A stretch of DNA of 61,289 nt, counting the filler. It is 9 parts of 9 records of this genome, joined end to end, with 100 filler letters (N's around TTAATTAATTAA, not from the genome) between each part and the next. Parts side by side here need not be neighbours in the genome. Positions count along the whole stretch, not along the records: positions 38,032 to 43,210 come from SRR31147125_87019; positions 43,311 to 48,565 come from SRR31147125_87050; positions 48,666 to 54,262 come from SRR31147125_87218; 6 more parts are not named here. One strand, written 5' to 3'. A program made the position numbers and the translations under genes. A model generated the notes under the pieces. The model saw only the letters and a program-made list of their open reading frames with translations, was not told the DNA's origin and did not search any database. Of the stretch, positions 42,219 to 52,738 are shown in pieces (positions within the stretch are counted from its first letter, which is position 1; every line of letters begins with the position of its first letter).

Positions 42219-43202
42219 ATGCAGACTATGAGAGGACCATGTTGTTTGTTTTTGCTCGCTGTACTATCACTGCTCGTTGTTTCATCAGCTCAGGCTGCTG
42301 ACAAGCCAGAAGGCTATCCGGAAAGGCCAATAGAAGTTGTTGTTCAGTATGGTGCCGGTGGTGGTAGTGATACGTTTGTTCGAAATTTAATGATGCCATC
42401 CCGTCGAATATTGAAAACTGCAATCAACGTCACAAACATGACTGGTGCGGCTGGTGTAAAAGCAGCTAATTATGTTTTACAACAGCCGGCAGACGGTTAC
42501 ACTATTTATAATTTCAGTCCTGAGCAGTTGATTAATACTGTTTTTGGTCGTCAGAATTATAAAGAGGAATTTGCTCCGCTCGTGCAGGTCCAGCAGGACA
42601 TCAGCATGTTTTATGTCAATCCTGACAATAAAGATTACCAGACGGCAGAAGAGCTGATTGCCTATGCTAAAAAGAATCCCGGGAAAATTCAGTTTACCGG
42701 AACAACACCTGCAAGTCCCGATGAAATTATTATTATGCGGTTCGCAAAAGCAGCAGGCATTGAAGTTAAATATGTTCCGTTTGATAAAGCACCGAAATCA
42801 CACGCAGCTGTTTTAGGCGGCCATCTGGACGTGCTGCATGAAGAACCTGGTGTGGTGATGTCTCTGATCGAAGCCGGAAAACTGGTTCCGATAATTGTAT
42901 TTAATGACAAAAGACTGGAGAAGTTCCCCGAGGTTCCCTGCTCTGTTGAACTCGGCATCGATATTACCAGTGGACGCTGGAGAGGCCTGGCCGTTAAGAA
43001 AGGAACCCCGGAGCCGATTATAGATTACCTGGCTGCTTCCTTGAAACAGGCATATGAGAAAAAGAGCTATCAGGTCTATGCCGCTTCATCGTTGCTTGAC
43101 TTGAGAGATGGTTGGAAGGATCCTGCTGAATTCGGCAAATTCTGGGATGAAGAATTTGAGAATTTCCAAAAGGTCATGCTTGAGCTTGGCTACGTCAAAT
43201 AA
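42219..43202 (+). CDS. Tripartite tricarboxylate transporter substrate-binding protein (TctC/Bug family)
   Basis: Signal peptide, YPERPI..VV.YGAGGGSD, PADGYT, VLGGHLD, RGLAVKKGTP. Confidence 0.93.
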   Translation: MQTMRGPCCLFLLAVLSLLVVSSAQAADKPEGYPERPIEVVVQYGAGGGSDTFVRNLMMPSRRILKTAINVTNMTGAAGVKAANYVLQQPADGYTIYNFSPEQLINTVFGRQNYKEEFAPLVQVQQDISMFYVNPDNKDYQTAEELIAYAKKNPGKIQFTGTTPASPDEIIIMRFAKAAGIEVKYVPFDKAPKSHAAVLGGHLDVLHEEPGVVMSLIEAGKLVPIIVFNDKRLEKFPEVPCSVELGIDITSGRWRGLAVKKGTPEPIIDYLAASLKQAYEKKSYQVYAASSLLDLRDGWKDPAEFGKFWDEEFENFQKVMLELGYVK

Positions 43203-43210
43203 GAAGTTTT

Positions 43211-43310
43211 NNNNNNNNNNNNNNNNNNNNNNNNNNNNNNNNNNNNNNNNNNNNTTAATTAATTAANNNNNNNNNNNNNNNNNNNNNNNNNNNNNNNNNN
43301 NNNNNNNNNN
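43211..43310. other. Artificial contig linker
   Basis: N44-TTAATTAATTAA-N44. Confidence 0.99.
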
Positions 43311-43312
43311 TT

Positions 43313-46126
43313 ATTAGAGGTGCAAACTCTATCACAGGAAGTAACCAACCTTTATTTGTTGTTGATGGTATTCCAATTGATAACTCTGATTACAATAATA
43401 ATGCCTCTAACGGTTATGGTGGTGATGCTAACGGGTTTGGCGGATATGACTTAGGTAACATGATGAATGATATCAATCCTGATAATATTGAAAGTGTTAC
43501 GGTACTTAAAGGTCCTGCTGCTGCAATTTATGGTTCCAGAGCTGCTAATGGTGTAATTGTAATAACAACAAAACAAGCTACCCGAGGTAATGATAATTTC
43601 GGTGTTGAAATTAATTCAAATGTTGGATTTGAACAGATATACTTGCTTCCAAAATTACAAAGAAAGTATGGTGGTGGAGCTATAATTGATAATGATGATG
43701 GTGGTGTAAACGGATTTGAGCAGATAACTGTTAATGGGACAAATTATTTAATACCTCAATATGCAGTTGATGAAAGTTGGGGTCCTAGATATGATCCTAA
43801 TATTTCTGTACTTCATTGGGATGCTTGGGATCAAGAAAGTTATCCAGATGACTATTTAAAGGCAAGACCATGGGTTGCCCCAGAAAATGACGTTGAAGAT
43901 TTTTATGACTTAGGTGTTTCATTTACCAATAATATTGCAATGACTCGCTCTGGAGAGAACTATGGTGTGCGTTTCTCATACACAAATACACATGTGAATG
44001 GTACTATGCCAGGATCAAGGCAAAATAAAAATAATTTTTCGCTAAATGGAAACTCAAAAATTGGGAAAAAGCTCGATGTACGTGCTGGTTTAAACTATGT
44101 AACTACTTATACAAAAGGTAGACCACAGGTTGGATATGGTGATAACAGTGTAGGTCAGAAATTTTTCCAATGGGGACAGAGACAATTGGATTATGAAAAA
44201 TTGAAAAATTACAAAAATAATGACGGTACGCAACGCACTTGGAATAGAATTGCATACGATGATCCAACACCTAAATATTCTGATAATCCATATTGGGCAG
44301 CTTATGAAAACTACCAGGACGATGAAAGAAATCGTTTCTATGGAAACGTAAGTCTTACGTATCAAATAATTGACGACTTAAGCATAAAAGGTAGTGTGTA
44401 TAGCGACTCTTATACATTGTATAATAGGGAGCGTATTGCTGCTGGCTCTCAGTCTCAAGATAAATATTATGAGGCTGTTAGGACAAATTCTGAATATAAT
44501 TTTGAAACAATTTTAAGTTATTCAAAACAATTTCAGAATATAGGTATTTATGCCTTTGCAGGAGGAAACCAAAGAAGATTGCGATATGATTTTAATAGGG
44601 GTAATACGGTTGGAGGTTTAGTTGTACCTGATGTATACAACTTACTTAATTCTGTAGATAATGCTGCAATTAATGATTTTACCGAAGAAAAACAGGTTAA
44701 TAGTGTTTTTGGAAGTGTGAGTTTAGATCTTATGGGCATCGTTTCTTTAGAAGGTACATTGCGTAATGATTGGTCTTCAACATTACCTGAAGATAATAAT
44801 TCATATTTTTATCCCGCTACATCTGTTAGTTTCTTATTCTCTGAGTTGTTGTCAGATATTTCCTGGTTAAATTTAGGGAAAGTAAGATTTAGTTGGGCAC
44901 AGGTTGGTAATGATACTGACCCATATAATGTGAAAACTTCATATATATACAATTTAGATGGCCCATTCAAAAGTGCTCCAAGGTTACGTGCTTCAAGAGC
45001 ATTACTAAATGCAAACCTTAAAGCGGAAACTACCACATCAACAGAAGGAGGTATTGATATCGCAGTACTAAACAATAAAGTAAATTTTGGTTTTACTTAT
45101 TTCCAAAATGTTACAACAGATCAGATAATGCCTCTTGATGTATCAAAATCTACAGGATATGATACAAAATATATCAATGCAGGACAAATGACGAACAAAG
45201 GTGTTGAACTATCACTAGGTCTAACACCTGTAAGTATTAGTAATTTCCAGTGGGATATTAATGTTAATTATACACAAATTGAAAATACAGTAGATGAATT
45301 GTATACTGGTCTTGATGCATTAGATTTACCATCTGGTCGTGCTCCATTTGGTGGAGTTGTTTTAAGAGGTAGTGTAGGTGATACTTATGGCCAATTCTGG
45401 GGACATGATTTTATATATGATGATGATGGAAACAGAGTAGTATTGGATAATGGTTATTGGGCTCAAACTCCAGACCTTGTTCCACTTGGGTCGTATTTAC
45501 CAGATTACACATTAGGTATACGAAACTCTTTCACTATAATGAATTTAATTAATATTTCTGCATTAATTGATATTCAAAGAGGTGGTAAATTTTATTCATT
45601 ATCACACATGTGGGGTATGTATTCAGGAATGCTTGAAGAGACTGCTGGTGTTAATGATAAAGGAAACGAAATTAGAGATCCCGTTGATCAGAACGTAGAT
45701 GGTACATATTCAGATGCAACTGGAGGTATTAGACTTGACGGTGTAACAGGTGATATTACTTTTAATGATGATGGTACATATACAGTTACTAACACAGCCG
45801 AGAATGAAACATATGTTTCAGCGGCTGGTTGGGCAGCTAGACATTATCATGGATTTGGATATCCTAGTGCGCAAAGTTTATTTGATGCTGATTATGTAAA
45901 ATTAAGGGAATTAACAATTGCTTATCAAATTCCTGCGAATATTTTAGGCCCAATTAAGAATGCGACTGTTTCCTTATATGGAAGAAACCTTTTAACTTGG
46001 GGACTAGATCAAGAAGGTTTTGATCCAGAAATGACAGTAAACGGTTCAGGAAATACTCAGGGTATTGATGGTGGATTATTCCCAAGCAGTCGAACTTTTG
46101 GAGTTAATTTAAAACTTGGATTCTAA
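43313..46126 (+). CDS. SusC/RagA-family TonB-linked outer membrane protein, 5'-truncated
   Basis: [52 protein letters not shown]-terminal F. Confidence 0.96.
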   Translation: MRGANSITGSNQPLFVVDGIPIDNSDYNNNASNGYGGDANGFGGYDLGNMMNDINPDNIESVTVLKGPAAAIYGSRAANGVIVITTKQATRGNDNFGVEINSNVGFEQIYLLPKLQRKYGGGAIIDNDDGGVNGFEQITVNGTNYLIPQYAVDESWGPRYDPNISVLHWDAWDQESYPDDYLKARPWVAPENDVEDFYDLGVSFTNNIAMTRSGENYGVRFSYTNTHVNGTMPGSRQNKNNFSLNGNSKIGKKLDVRAGLNYVTTYTKGRPQVGYGDNSVGQKFFQWGQRQLDYEKLKNYKNNDGTQRTWNRIAYDDPTPKYSDNPYWAAYENYQDDERNRFYGNVSLTYQIIDDLSIKGSVYSDSYTLYNRERIAAGSQSQDKYYEAVRTNSEYNFETILSYSKQFQNIGIYAFAGGNQRRLRYDFNRGNTVGGLVVPDVYNLLNSVDNAAINDFTEEKQVNSVFGSVSLDLMGIVSLEGTLRNDWSSTLPEDNNSYFYPATSVSFLFSELLSDISWLNLGKVRFSWAQVGNDTDPYNVKTSYIYNLDGPFKSAPRLRASRALLNANLKAETTTSTEGGIDIAVLNNKVNFGFTYFQNVTTDQIMPLDVSKSTGYDTKYINAGQMTNKGVELSLGLTPVSISNFQWDINVNYTQIENTVDELYTGLDALDLPSGRAPFGGVVLRGSVGDTYGQFWGHDFIYDDDGNRVVLDNGYWAQTPDLVPLGSYLPDYTLGIRNSFTIMNLINISALIDIQRGGKFYSLSHMWGMYSGMLEETAGVNDKGNEIRDPVDQNVDGTYSDATGGIRLDGVTGDITFNDDGTYTVTNTAENETYVSAAGWAARHYHGFGYPSAQSLFDADYVKLRELTIAYQIPANILGPIKNATVSLYGRNLLTWGLDQEGFDPEMTVNGSGNTQGIDGGLFPSSRTFGVNLKLGF

Positions 46127-46156
46127 TTTAAATTATAATTAAAAACATTGTCAATA

Positions 46157-47719
46157 ATGAAAACATTAAAATATATATTAATAATTGCAGTTCTGGGAAT
46201 TTTTACTGGCTGCGATGTGGAGTATTTTGATAACCCAAATGAACCCTCGGATCCTCCGACTTCATCTTTAATTAATAATAATTTTAAAGAGATGGTTGAT
46301 GATTTTTATGATGAGTGGTTTGGAGGAAGGTTTACTCAAGTAACTATGCAGTATTGGACACAGTCTGAATATGGTGATGAAGATCGCTATGTTTACAGGG
46401 AATCTCAAAGAGAAACTTGGCAAGAGTTTTATTGGAACCTTGAGAATTTACGTAAAATTATTCAGTACAATACTGATGAGGAGACTAAAAATGCAGCTGC
46501 AGCTTATGGTAACAATACAAATCAAATTGCTACAGCAAGAATAATTATGGCATGGGCATTTAATGTAATGGCAGATACATGGGGAGATATTCCATATTAT
46601 TCGTATGGCACCGAAGATGCAGATTTTCAAGCATTGAATCTAGCTGATGTAGACGAAGAAATTTTAACACCTTCATATGCACCACAAGATAAAATTTATG
46701 CTGATATTTTAAGTGAGCTTAAGGGTGCAGTTGATATGATTGTTGACGATCAACCTGGATTTACTCAAGGAGACAACTTATATCAAGGAGATATGGAGAA
46801 ATGGGCAAAATTTGCTAATTCATTGAGATTGCGAATTGCATTAAAGATTAGAGGTGCAAATTCTAGTTTGGCTGATACACATATCGCAGAAGCAAGAACT
46901 GGTGCTTTTGAAAGCAATGATGATAATGCTGTATTTGTTTACGAATCATCAGATGCAAACGCTTCTCCTTATTATAGAGCCTATAATGTTAATAATAGGA
47001 GTGATTTTGCAATGAGTTTAAGTTTTATTGCATTATTAGAAGGTGAAAACTTATCGGATACTGTTGGTACTGATATTTCAACAAATCCATTTGCAGGAAC
47101 AGTTGATCCTAGGTTATCTATTTTTGCACAACCAAATGATGGGGAATATGCTGGTATGCCAGTTGTTGAAAGTTCTGCTGAAGCAGCAACCATTAGATGG
47201 GAATCGCTTCCAGGTAATGCAATAATAAATACGGCAAACTATGGCCAGCCATTAATGCAATATGCAGAGGTGATGTTTATTTTATCAGAAATTGATAGCT
47301 GGGATCAAACTCATTACGAAGCTGGTGTTAGAGCATCTCTAGGATACTGGGGTGTTGCTGAAGCTGATATTGATACATATGTTGCAGCAATTCCTGCGGC
47401 TAGTGAAGAAAATGTTCTTACTCAAAAGTATATAGCACTTTATATGGATCCTCATACAGCGTGGACGGAATATAGAAGAACCGGATATCCTCAAACACTG
47501 ATTATGCCATATGATAATTTCCGTGTTTTGGTTCCTGGGACTACTGATGAGTACCGAAATTTTGTTTTTGAACCATTGTTCGAAACAACAGATCTTCCTT
47601 CAAGAATGAAGTATCCTCAATTCGAACAAACATTGAATGGAGATAGCAGAAAAACTGCCGTTGATAAATTGAATGGAGGTGACTTAATTACTTCAAAACT
47701 ATGGTGGGATGTAAATTAA
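46157..47719 (+). CDS. SusD/RagB-family lipoprotein
   Basis: Lipobox FTGC, WGDIPY, KWAKFANSLRLR, TQKYIAL, WTEYRRTGYP, KLWWD. Confidence 0.95.
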   Translation: MKTLKYILIIAVLGIFTGCDVEYFDNPNEPSDPPTSSLINNNFKEMVDDFYDEWFGGRFTQVTMQYWTQSEYGDEDRYVYRESQRETWQEFYWNLENLRKIIQYNTDEETKNAAAAYGNNTNQIATARIIMAWAFNVMADTWGDIPYYSYGTEDADFQALNLADVDEEILTPSYAPQDKIYADILSELKGAVDMIVDDQPGFTQGDNLYQGDMEKWAKFANSLRLRIALKIRGANSSLADTHIAEARTGAFESNDDNAVFVYESSDANASPYYRAYNVNNRSDFAMSLSFIALLEGENLSDTVGTDISTNPFAGTVDPRLSIFAQPNDGEYAGMPVVESSAEAATIRWESLPGNAIINTANYGQPLMQYAEVMFILSEIDSWDQTHYEAGVRASLGYWGVAEADIDTYVAAIPAASEENVLTQKYIALYMDPHTAWTEYRRTGYPQTLIMPYDNFRVLVPGTTDEYRNFVFEPLFETTDLPSRMKYPQFEQTLNGDSRKTAVDKLNGGDLITSKLWWDVN

Positions 47720-47744
47720 TCCCATATTAGTTTTTTAATAATAT

Positions 47745-47783
47745 TATTGGTAAGAAGATAAGTTTCCTTCTTACCAATATTTT
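47745..47783 (+). terminator. Rho-independent terminator after susD
   Basis: TATTGGTAAGAAG..CTTCTTACCAATA followed by a T-tract. Confidence 0.75.
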
Positions 47784-47872
47784 ACATTAAAACTCGATTA
47801 GAATATTTAGTATTACCAAAAATACTGTTATGCGCATGTTAGCCTATCTTGGAGAAGGGTAGAATCGAGTGG

Positions 47873-47902
47873 AGGGCATGATATATTTATCATGCCCTTT
47901 TT
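47873..47902 (+). terminator. Second hairpin with T-tract
   Basis: AGGGCATGAT-ATATTT-ATCATGCCCT-TTTTT. Confidence 0.55.
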
Positions 47903-47996
47903 AGATAATAATATTTCCCGGAATTAATAATTGGACTGATTTTTGTGGCTCAAAATTTAATTTTAATAACCTCGAATCTTACTTATACCTACTTAA

Positions 47997-48565
47997 TTGA
48001 ACAATATTAAATCGATACTTATATTCCTTATTCCACTTTTGTGTTTAATTAACTCCTACACGCAAAGTGCATTTCTCCCAACAATTAATAAATATACCGT
48101 CAACAAGGATGTTGATGATTTATTAATAAATGGTCGTTATTATGTGGAATTATATCCGAATGCTTCTGGTACATCATTTTTTTATAACGATGAGTGGCAA
48201 ACTGGAGATGTATCAATTCGTAGTATACACTACGATAACATTCGTTGTAAATATGATTTATTACAGGACAAATTTATATTGAAACATGAAAGTTTAAACG
48301 GGAATGTATTGATAATTGAATTTAATCCAAATTTGATAGATTCTTTTCGTATTAATGAACATTTATTCATTACAAATAAAAATTTAGATTTGAGAAATAA
48401 TTATTTAGAACTGATATACAATGGTCGATTAAAATTTTATCGGTCATACCAAAAGTATTATAAAAAAATATTCTGATTCTAATAAATATGGTGAGATAAC
48501 AAATTCTATTACTAATAGCTACTTGATTTACGACGAAAAAATAATCAAGTCAAATACTAAAAAAA
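47997..48565 (+). CDS. Exported hypothetical protein (Bacteroidota), probable indel at the A-run 48462-48468, 3'-truncated
   Basis: Signal peptide; LINGRYY..P...GT.FF..W..G..Y..KYDL..D pattern; an alternative frame stays open to the contig end. Confidence 0.65.
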
Positions 48566-48665
48566 NNNNNNNNNNNNNNNNNNNNNNNNNNNNNNNNNNN
48601 NNNNNNNNNTTAATTAATTAANNNNNNNNNNNNNNNNNNNNNNNNNNNNNNNNNNNNNNNNNNNN
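48566..48665. other. Artificial contig linker
   Basis: N44-TTAATTAATTAA-N44. Confidence 0.99.
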
Positions 48666-48676
48666 AAAAAAGACAG

Positions 48677-50731
48677 TTGATTGCAACACTTGCTTGTTGC
48701 GCCGTTGTATGGGGACTCTCCGGCGCAGCCATGGCCGAAACCGCCGATGACACCAATGTACAACATCTCGATGAAGTGGTGGTGACAGCCACTCAAACCG
48801 AAAACGCCATTATGGAGACCGCATCCAATATCTCCGTGGTGACGGCAGAGGATATCGAAAAACTGGACGCTGAAAACGTGGCCGAAGTGATCAAGAGCAT
48901 GCCGGGCGTGTTTTACACCAACGCGTCCGGGATCGAGCCCAAAATCAATCTCCGAGGTACCAAAATCGGGATGAGTCCCGGTGCCCTGGTACTGCTCAAC
49001 GGCATTCCCGTCAATATCGGGAAATTCGGTTACACCGACTATGAGGCCATCCCCATCGAAAATATCGAGCGGGTGGAGGTGATCAAAGGCCCCATGTCTT
49101 CTCTTTACGGTGGAAACTCCGCCCGGGGTGTTATCAACATCATCACCAAACGGGGAAAAGATGGGTTCGGTGGCTCGGTGAGCGCCATTGCCGGCTCCAA
49201 TAACGATCAGCGCTACTCCGCACTTGTCCATGGCGGAACAGGCAACTGGGACTACAATCTCAACGTTAAAAAACGTGAGGAGGACGGCTACCGGGACGAG
49301 ACTTACATCGACAACGTTTACGTCAACGGTGAAGTGGGCTACTGGCTCTCCGATGGGACCCGTATCGGGTTTTATGCCAACATGACCGACAAGGAACGAT
49401 CGCTGGCCAAAAAACTGACCGCAGCCGAGCGTGAAGAAGATCCCACCCAAGCGACGGATTACAGTGTCACGGAAAATGACGACATCATCACCGGCCTCAA
49501 CCTGGATATCAATAAGGATATCTATGATGTAAAAACCGCGCTTTACTATAAAAACCGGGACAAAACCTATGAAAATTACCTGATGGCCACCTCCACTCCC
49601 TACCTGGAGGAAATGGAGGAAGATGTGTTCGGTATGCGCGCCATCTTCACTTACAAAAAGGATCTCATGGGTAAAAACAATCGTCTCTCCATCGGCTTCG
49701 ACTACGATGATGATGACATTGATATGGACACCACCAAGGCGGAATCCAAAACCGTCGGCGCGGCATACACCAAACCGGATCCTAAGAAATCAGGTACGTT
49801 CAACAGCAAGATGCTCGGTGTATTCATTCAAGATGAGTTCTCGATTCTGGACAACTTGACCCTGACCGCAGGTCTTCGATACGACTATTTCGAGTTCGAT
49901 AACCATGCGGACTACGATTTTTCCAGTGACGGCAAGTATGAGTATGACGCCAATCCGGATTACGACAACCTCAATCCCAAAGTGAGTTTGAACTATCTGG
50001 CCACACAGGATATGAGCCTCTACGCCAGTTACAGCCAATCTTACAGAGCCCCCTCCATCTACGACTACTACGCCAGCGGGACCTACTCCGCCAAGTATGC
50101 CTATGTTCTTGAGCCCGAGACCTTCACCCAGTATGAAATCGGCATGCGAAAACGTGTTTCCAAACTGCTGAACATCGACACATCAATCTTTCACCTGGTT
50201 GTGGATGATATGCTGGATTCCGCCTATGTAAACGGGAAGTACATGGGAAAACAGAACATTGGTGAGGTCACCATGAAAGGATTTGAGTTGGCACTTTCCG
50301 GAGAACCCTGCAAATTCTTTAATTACAACCTTGCCTATTCTTATATCGATGCCCGTTTCTCCGATGATATTTTCACCAAAAGCGGTGAAAACCTTGACGG
50401 CAATCGTATCTCCCAGACCCCGTATCAGCGCCTGAACGTGGACCTGGGCTTTTTGCTCTATGACGGTGATGTCTTTAAAGTGCTGTGGGACAACAACATC
50501 ACGGCACAGGATGAATTCGAAATGGATGACGATAATACAGGGACATATGGCGGCTATGCGCTGGTCAACACCAAACTTCGGTTCAAATACAAAGGTGCCA
50601 CGGCATTTGTCTCCGTGGACAATGTGCTGGACAAAGATTACGACGGGTATGTCTATACCAGCTCAGGAAAGGATTATTACTACCCGGCTGACGGCACGAC
50701 CTTTGCTGTTGGGCTGGAGTATACATTTTAA
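48677..50731 (+). CDS. TonB-dependent receptor (start probably just off the contig)
   Basis: TonB box DEVVVTAT, IERVEVIKGP.SSLYG..GVINIITK, GLRYD, C-terminal EYTF. Confidence 0.95.
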   Translation: MIATLACCAVVWGLSGAAMAETADDTNVQHLDEVVVTATQTENAIMETASNISVVTAEDIEKLDAENVAEVIKSMPGVFYTNASGIEPKINLRGTKIGMSPGALVLLNGIPVNIGKFGYTDYEAIPIENIERVEVIKGPMSSLYGGNSARGVINIITKRGKDGFGGSVSAIAGSNNDQRYSALVHGGTGNWDYNLNVKKREEDGYRDETYIDNVYVNGEVGYWLSDGTRIGFYANMTDKERSLAKKLTAAEREEDPTQATDYSVTENDDIITGLNLDINKDIYDVKTALYYKNRDKTYENYLMATSTPYLEEMEEDVFGMRAIFTYKKDLMGKNNRLSIGFDYDDDDIDMDTTKAESKTVGAAYTKPDPKKSGTFNSKMLGVFIQDEFSILDNLTLTAGLRYDYFEFDNHADYDFSSDGKYEYDANPDYDNLNPKVSLNYLATQDMSLYASYSQSYRAPSIYDYYASGTYSAKYAYVLEPETFTQYEIGMRKRVSKLLNIDTSIFHLVVDDMLDSAYVNGKYMGKQNIGEVTMKGFELALSGEPCKFFNYNLAYSYIDARFSDDIFTKSGENLDGNRISQTPYQRLNVDLGFLLYDGDVFKVLWDNNITAQDEFEMDDDNTGTYGGYALVNTKLRFKYKGATAFVSVDNVLDKDYDGYVYTSSGKDYYYPADGTTFAVGLEYTF

Positions 50732-50838
50732 CATACGAAACACTCATATCTTCTTCTTTCTAAATTGAGTTGTCTTTTCTGAAAAAAGATAAGGACAACG
50801 CACGAAATATCTTTCCCATTTCGGGGGCGATTTTAATT

Positions 50839-50868
50839 CCGGCCATCCGTCTGAATCAGAATGGCCGG
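50839..50868. terminator. Hairpin between convergent genes
   Basis: CCGGCCAT..ATGGCCGG. Confidence 0.4.
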
Positions 50869-50924
50869 GATATCCGATCCTGTAAATCCTCAGCGACAAC
50901 ACAAATGCCACATTTTCGTTTCCA

Positions 50925-52468
50925 TCACCCTGTTTTCATTTTTCGACCTGACGGTATACCAAGTTTTTTCATTCTTTTTCTTAACGTGGATGGATTGATA
51001 TCCAGCAACTTGGCCGCGCCCTTTTCTCCGGACACCCTGCCGTTGCACATGGCAAGGATTTTCCGGATATAATCGGCCATAACTTCATCCAGAGTCATTG
51101 GATCTTTCAGTTTATCATACAACGTTACATCATCCTTCTGAAAAAATGTTTTATCAAAGGCGCCGATCTCTTTAAAAAAGAGCTGCGTCCCTTGGTCTAA
51201 AATCAAGGAGCGTTCCACCGCATTTTCCAGTTCCCGGATGTTGCCCGGCCAGTGATAACTCAAAAGACGGGACATGGAATCCTGCGTCGGGGAAGGGATG
51301 ACGGTACGTTTCATTTCCCCACATTTTTTCAAAATAAAATGTCGGACAAGATCTGGGATATCTTCTTTACGATTTCTAAGGGGGGAATGTCGATCGGAAA
51401 AATTCTGAGTCTGAAAAAAAGATCCGTTCTAAACGTTTTTTCATCCAGCATTTTTTTAAGGTCCCTGTGGGTGGCAGCGATAATCCGAATGTCCACCTTG
51501 ATGGTTTCATCTCCCCCGACCCGATCAATTTCCTTTTCCTGAAGGACACGCAACAGGCGGACCTGGGCTTCTGCTGTGAGTTCTCCAATTTCATCCAGAA
51601 AAAGGGTGCCGCCCTGGGCCCGCTCAATTCGGCCTCGTTTACGGCTACGTGCTCCGGTAAATGAGCCTTTTTCATGACCAAATAGTTCACTGTCCAAAAG
51701 CGTCGATGGAATGGCTCCGCAGTTTACCCGAATTAGCGGCCCTTTGCGTCGTGGAGAGAGGTGATGAATCGCATTGGCGATCACCTCCTTTCCTGTGCCT
51801 GTTTCTCCAAGCAGCAATACAGGGCTATCCAGAGGCGACACCTGATAAACCCTTTCCATGACCTCCCTGAGCCCTTCTTCTGCGCCGATGACTTTCTTCC
51901 CTGAAATCTCGTTCAACTCTTCGTAAAGATACTGGTTATCGTCGGCCAAAAGCTCCTTCAAGTTCTTGAGCTCTCTGTATCTGAGGCTGTTGGCCAATGC
52001 CACGGCACAGGGTTTGACCAGAAGGCTCATCAGATGAACATGCTCTTGGGTGAATTTCTTTTCACCATCCACTGAAAAAGTCCCCACCATGGTTCGATCC
52101 AATACCAAATCCAATAACACGGATGACTTGTCGGTGACCCCCATGGCACGGGCAAGGGGCGCGGTAACCAAATCGTCTCCCAGCCGGTCAATTACCCGAA
52201 TACGAAGAGAACGCTGCTTTTCGACCCTCATTCGTGCCTTTTGTCCTAATTTCACTTTGACGGATATGCTTTTGCCTTCCTTGCAATTTGCATGGGCCAC
52301 CGTTTCCATGATCCCGGTATCTTTATGATAAATGTGAAAGTTGGCGTGATCGGCCGGAATAAACTGACGGATGTATAGCAGGCACTCGTGCAAAGCAGTT
52401 CCGATTTCCAGGCTGCTGCAGATTTTAAGTGTTGCCTTTTTGAAGAATTCATTTTCATCCACTTTCAT
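50925..52468 (-). CDS. GAF-domain sigma-54-dependent activator (NifA/FhlA-like), frameshift at 51380-51385
   Basis: [40 protein letters not shown]-terminal HTH; one extra C restores [13 protein letters not shown]. Confidence 0.93.
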
Positions 52469-52645
52469 ACCGTTCCTCCATTTTCTCAATTGGCTCATAC
52501 AGGCTTTTTTTTATACTATTTTCCAATCCGCATTAAAAGTGGAAAATAGCACACCTTTTTTGACCATGGTACGAAAAATTATCCAGACCAACTTGACCAA
52601 TTGACCTGGAAATATAACTATTTGATTTTAAAGACTTATTAAGCT

Positions 52646-52661
52646 TGGCACAATTACTGCT
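52646..52661 (+). promoter_or_regulatory. Sigma-54 (-24/-12) promoter of the CoA-transferase gene
   Basis: TGGCAC-AATTA-CTGCT (GG-N10-GC), divergent from a sigma-54 activator. Confidence 0.75.
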
Positions 52662-52738
52662 GAGAGAACACTTTAGTAATAGAAAAATGAATTAAATTCA
52701 TGAATTGAAAATCAATCGGCCAACAAAGGAGATAAAAA

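Noticed and set aside
23136..51385. moaA, rfbA and the sigma-54 activator as pseudogenes or programmed frameshifts
   Set aside because: Each is repaired by one base in a homopolymer run and is otherwise intact, so sequencing error is more parsimonious
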